64,000 nt of DNA from assembly GCA_052168235.1 (NCBI GenBank), contig JBQLZK010000001.1, forward strand, positions 1 to 64,000. The letters run 5' to 3'. This document shows positions 63,440 to 64,000 of this stretch, one piece after another. Numbering within the stretch: the stretch's first letter is position 1; the number at the start of each line of letters is the position of its first letter. The position numbers and the translations under genes are program-made. The notes beneath the pieces were generated by a model. It was given only the letters and a program-made list of their open reading frames with translations, was not told the DNA's origin and searched no databases. Source of the DNA: Thainema sp. Lineage in GTDB: Bacteria; Cyanobacteriota; Cyanobacteriia; Phormidesmidales; Phormidesmidaceae.

Positions 63440-63729
63440 AATTTAATTCCTTCTAAGTAATGGCATCACTATTAGTATCGTGAACGGGATCAAACTCACA
63501 TCCATCTGAAGTTGATTATTTTTTTGTCAATACGATCTTTACTCTCTCTATCGATAGAGGTGTGCCCAAGATCGGGTGCGATCGCAGTTATGCATTGCAG
63601 AGGTGTATTGCAGGGGCAAAGGCTTGCGCAGATGGAATATCAAATTTCGTCAAGCGTTAGTCTACTCTCCGGAGTCGGGCACATTAGGATTGTTGGTTAC
63701 TAATAATCTTCCACCGCTGGTTTTGCCCT

Positions 63730-64000
63730 ATGTCTCTATCGGTTAGCGTGCGCGATATTCAAACCCTTGTGCAGGCGTTTCATCCCATTGTGGTGATTGA
63801 AACGGTTGAAGAAGAACGAGTGCTGGAACTCTTGCAAACGGCTACCAAAGACATGTCAATGCCGCTGTTTCAGTGGAGTATTGCCAACGGTCTGTCGAAA
63901 ACTCAAGATAGCTTCAATGCTCCCTGGAACAATCAATATGCTCCGCCCGGTTCCCTCAAGTCGGCCTCGCTCGAAAATACGACTGAACCGATTGACGTGC
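63730..64000 (+). CDS. N-terminus of a Ycf46-like AAA ATPase (runs off the window; absent from the ORF track)
   Basis: My translation MSLSVSVRDIQTLVQAFHPIVVIETVEEERVLELL...LFQWSIANGL is open to the window end. Confidence 0.75.
   Translation, partial: MSLSVSVRDIQTLVQAFHPIVVIETVEEERVLELLQTATKDMSMPLFQWSIANGLSKTQDSFNAPWNNQYAPPGSLKSASLENTTEPIDV

Overview
A 64-kb chromosomal segment from a cyanobacterium: the HIP1 octamer GCGATCGC is dense, and hli, cpcT, a PSII S4-domain gene and a hetF-like gene are present. It is probably a filamentous, non-heterocystous Leptolyngbya/Nodosilinea-like strain (inference). Most of the window is housekeeping and signalling genes: hisD, sdhB, pdxA, yebC, pstSCAB with a Pho box, map, queC, GGDEF/EAL proteins and histidine kinases. 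I found no rRNA, tRNA, CRISPR array or transposase. Five things stand out. (1) A soluble fusion of a glutaminase fold with a rewritten active site, a HAMP domain and a class III nucleotide cyclase, possibly a metabolite-sensing cAMP switch. (2) Six 90-106 bp intergenic elements from five unrelated sequence families that share one architecture: imperfect terminal inverted repeats framing a long internal hairpin, often with a GNA triloop. (3) A five-gene polyprenyl-phospho-pentose glycosylation cluster with no DprE1/E2 epimerase genes. (4) A bacterial-type CrtI phytoene desaturase. (5) A pseudokinase-PstS-like membrane receptor. All calls come from motif reading by eye; no database searches were run.
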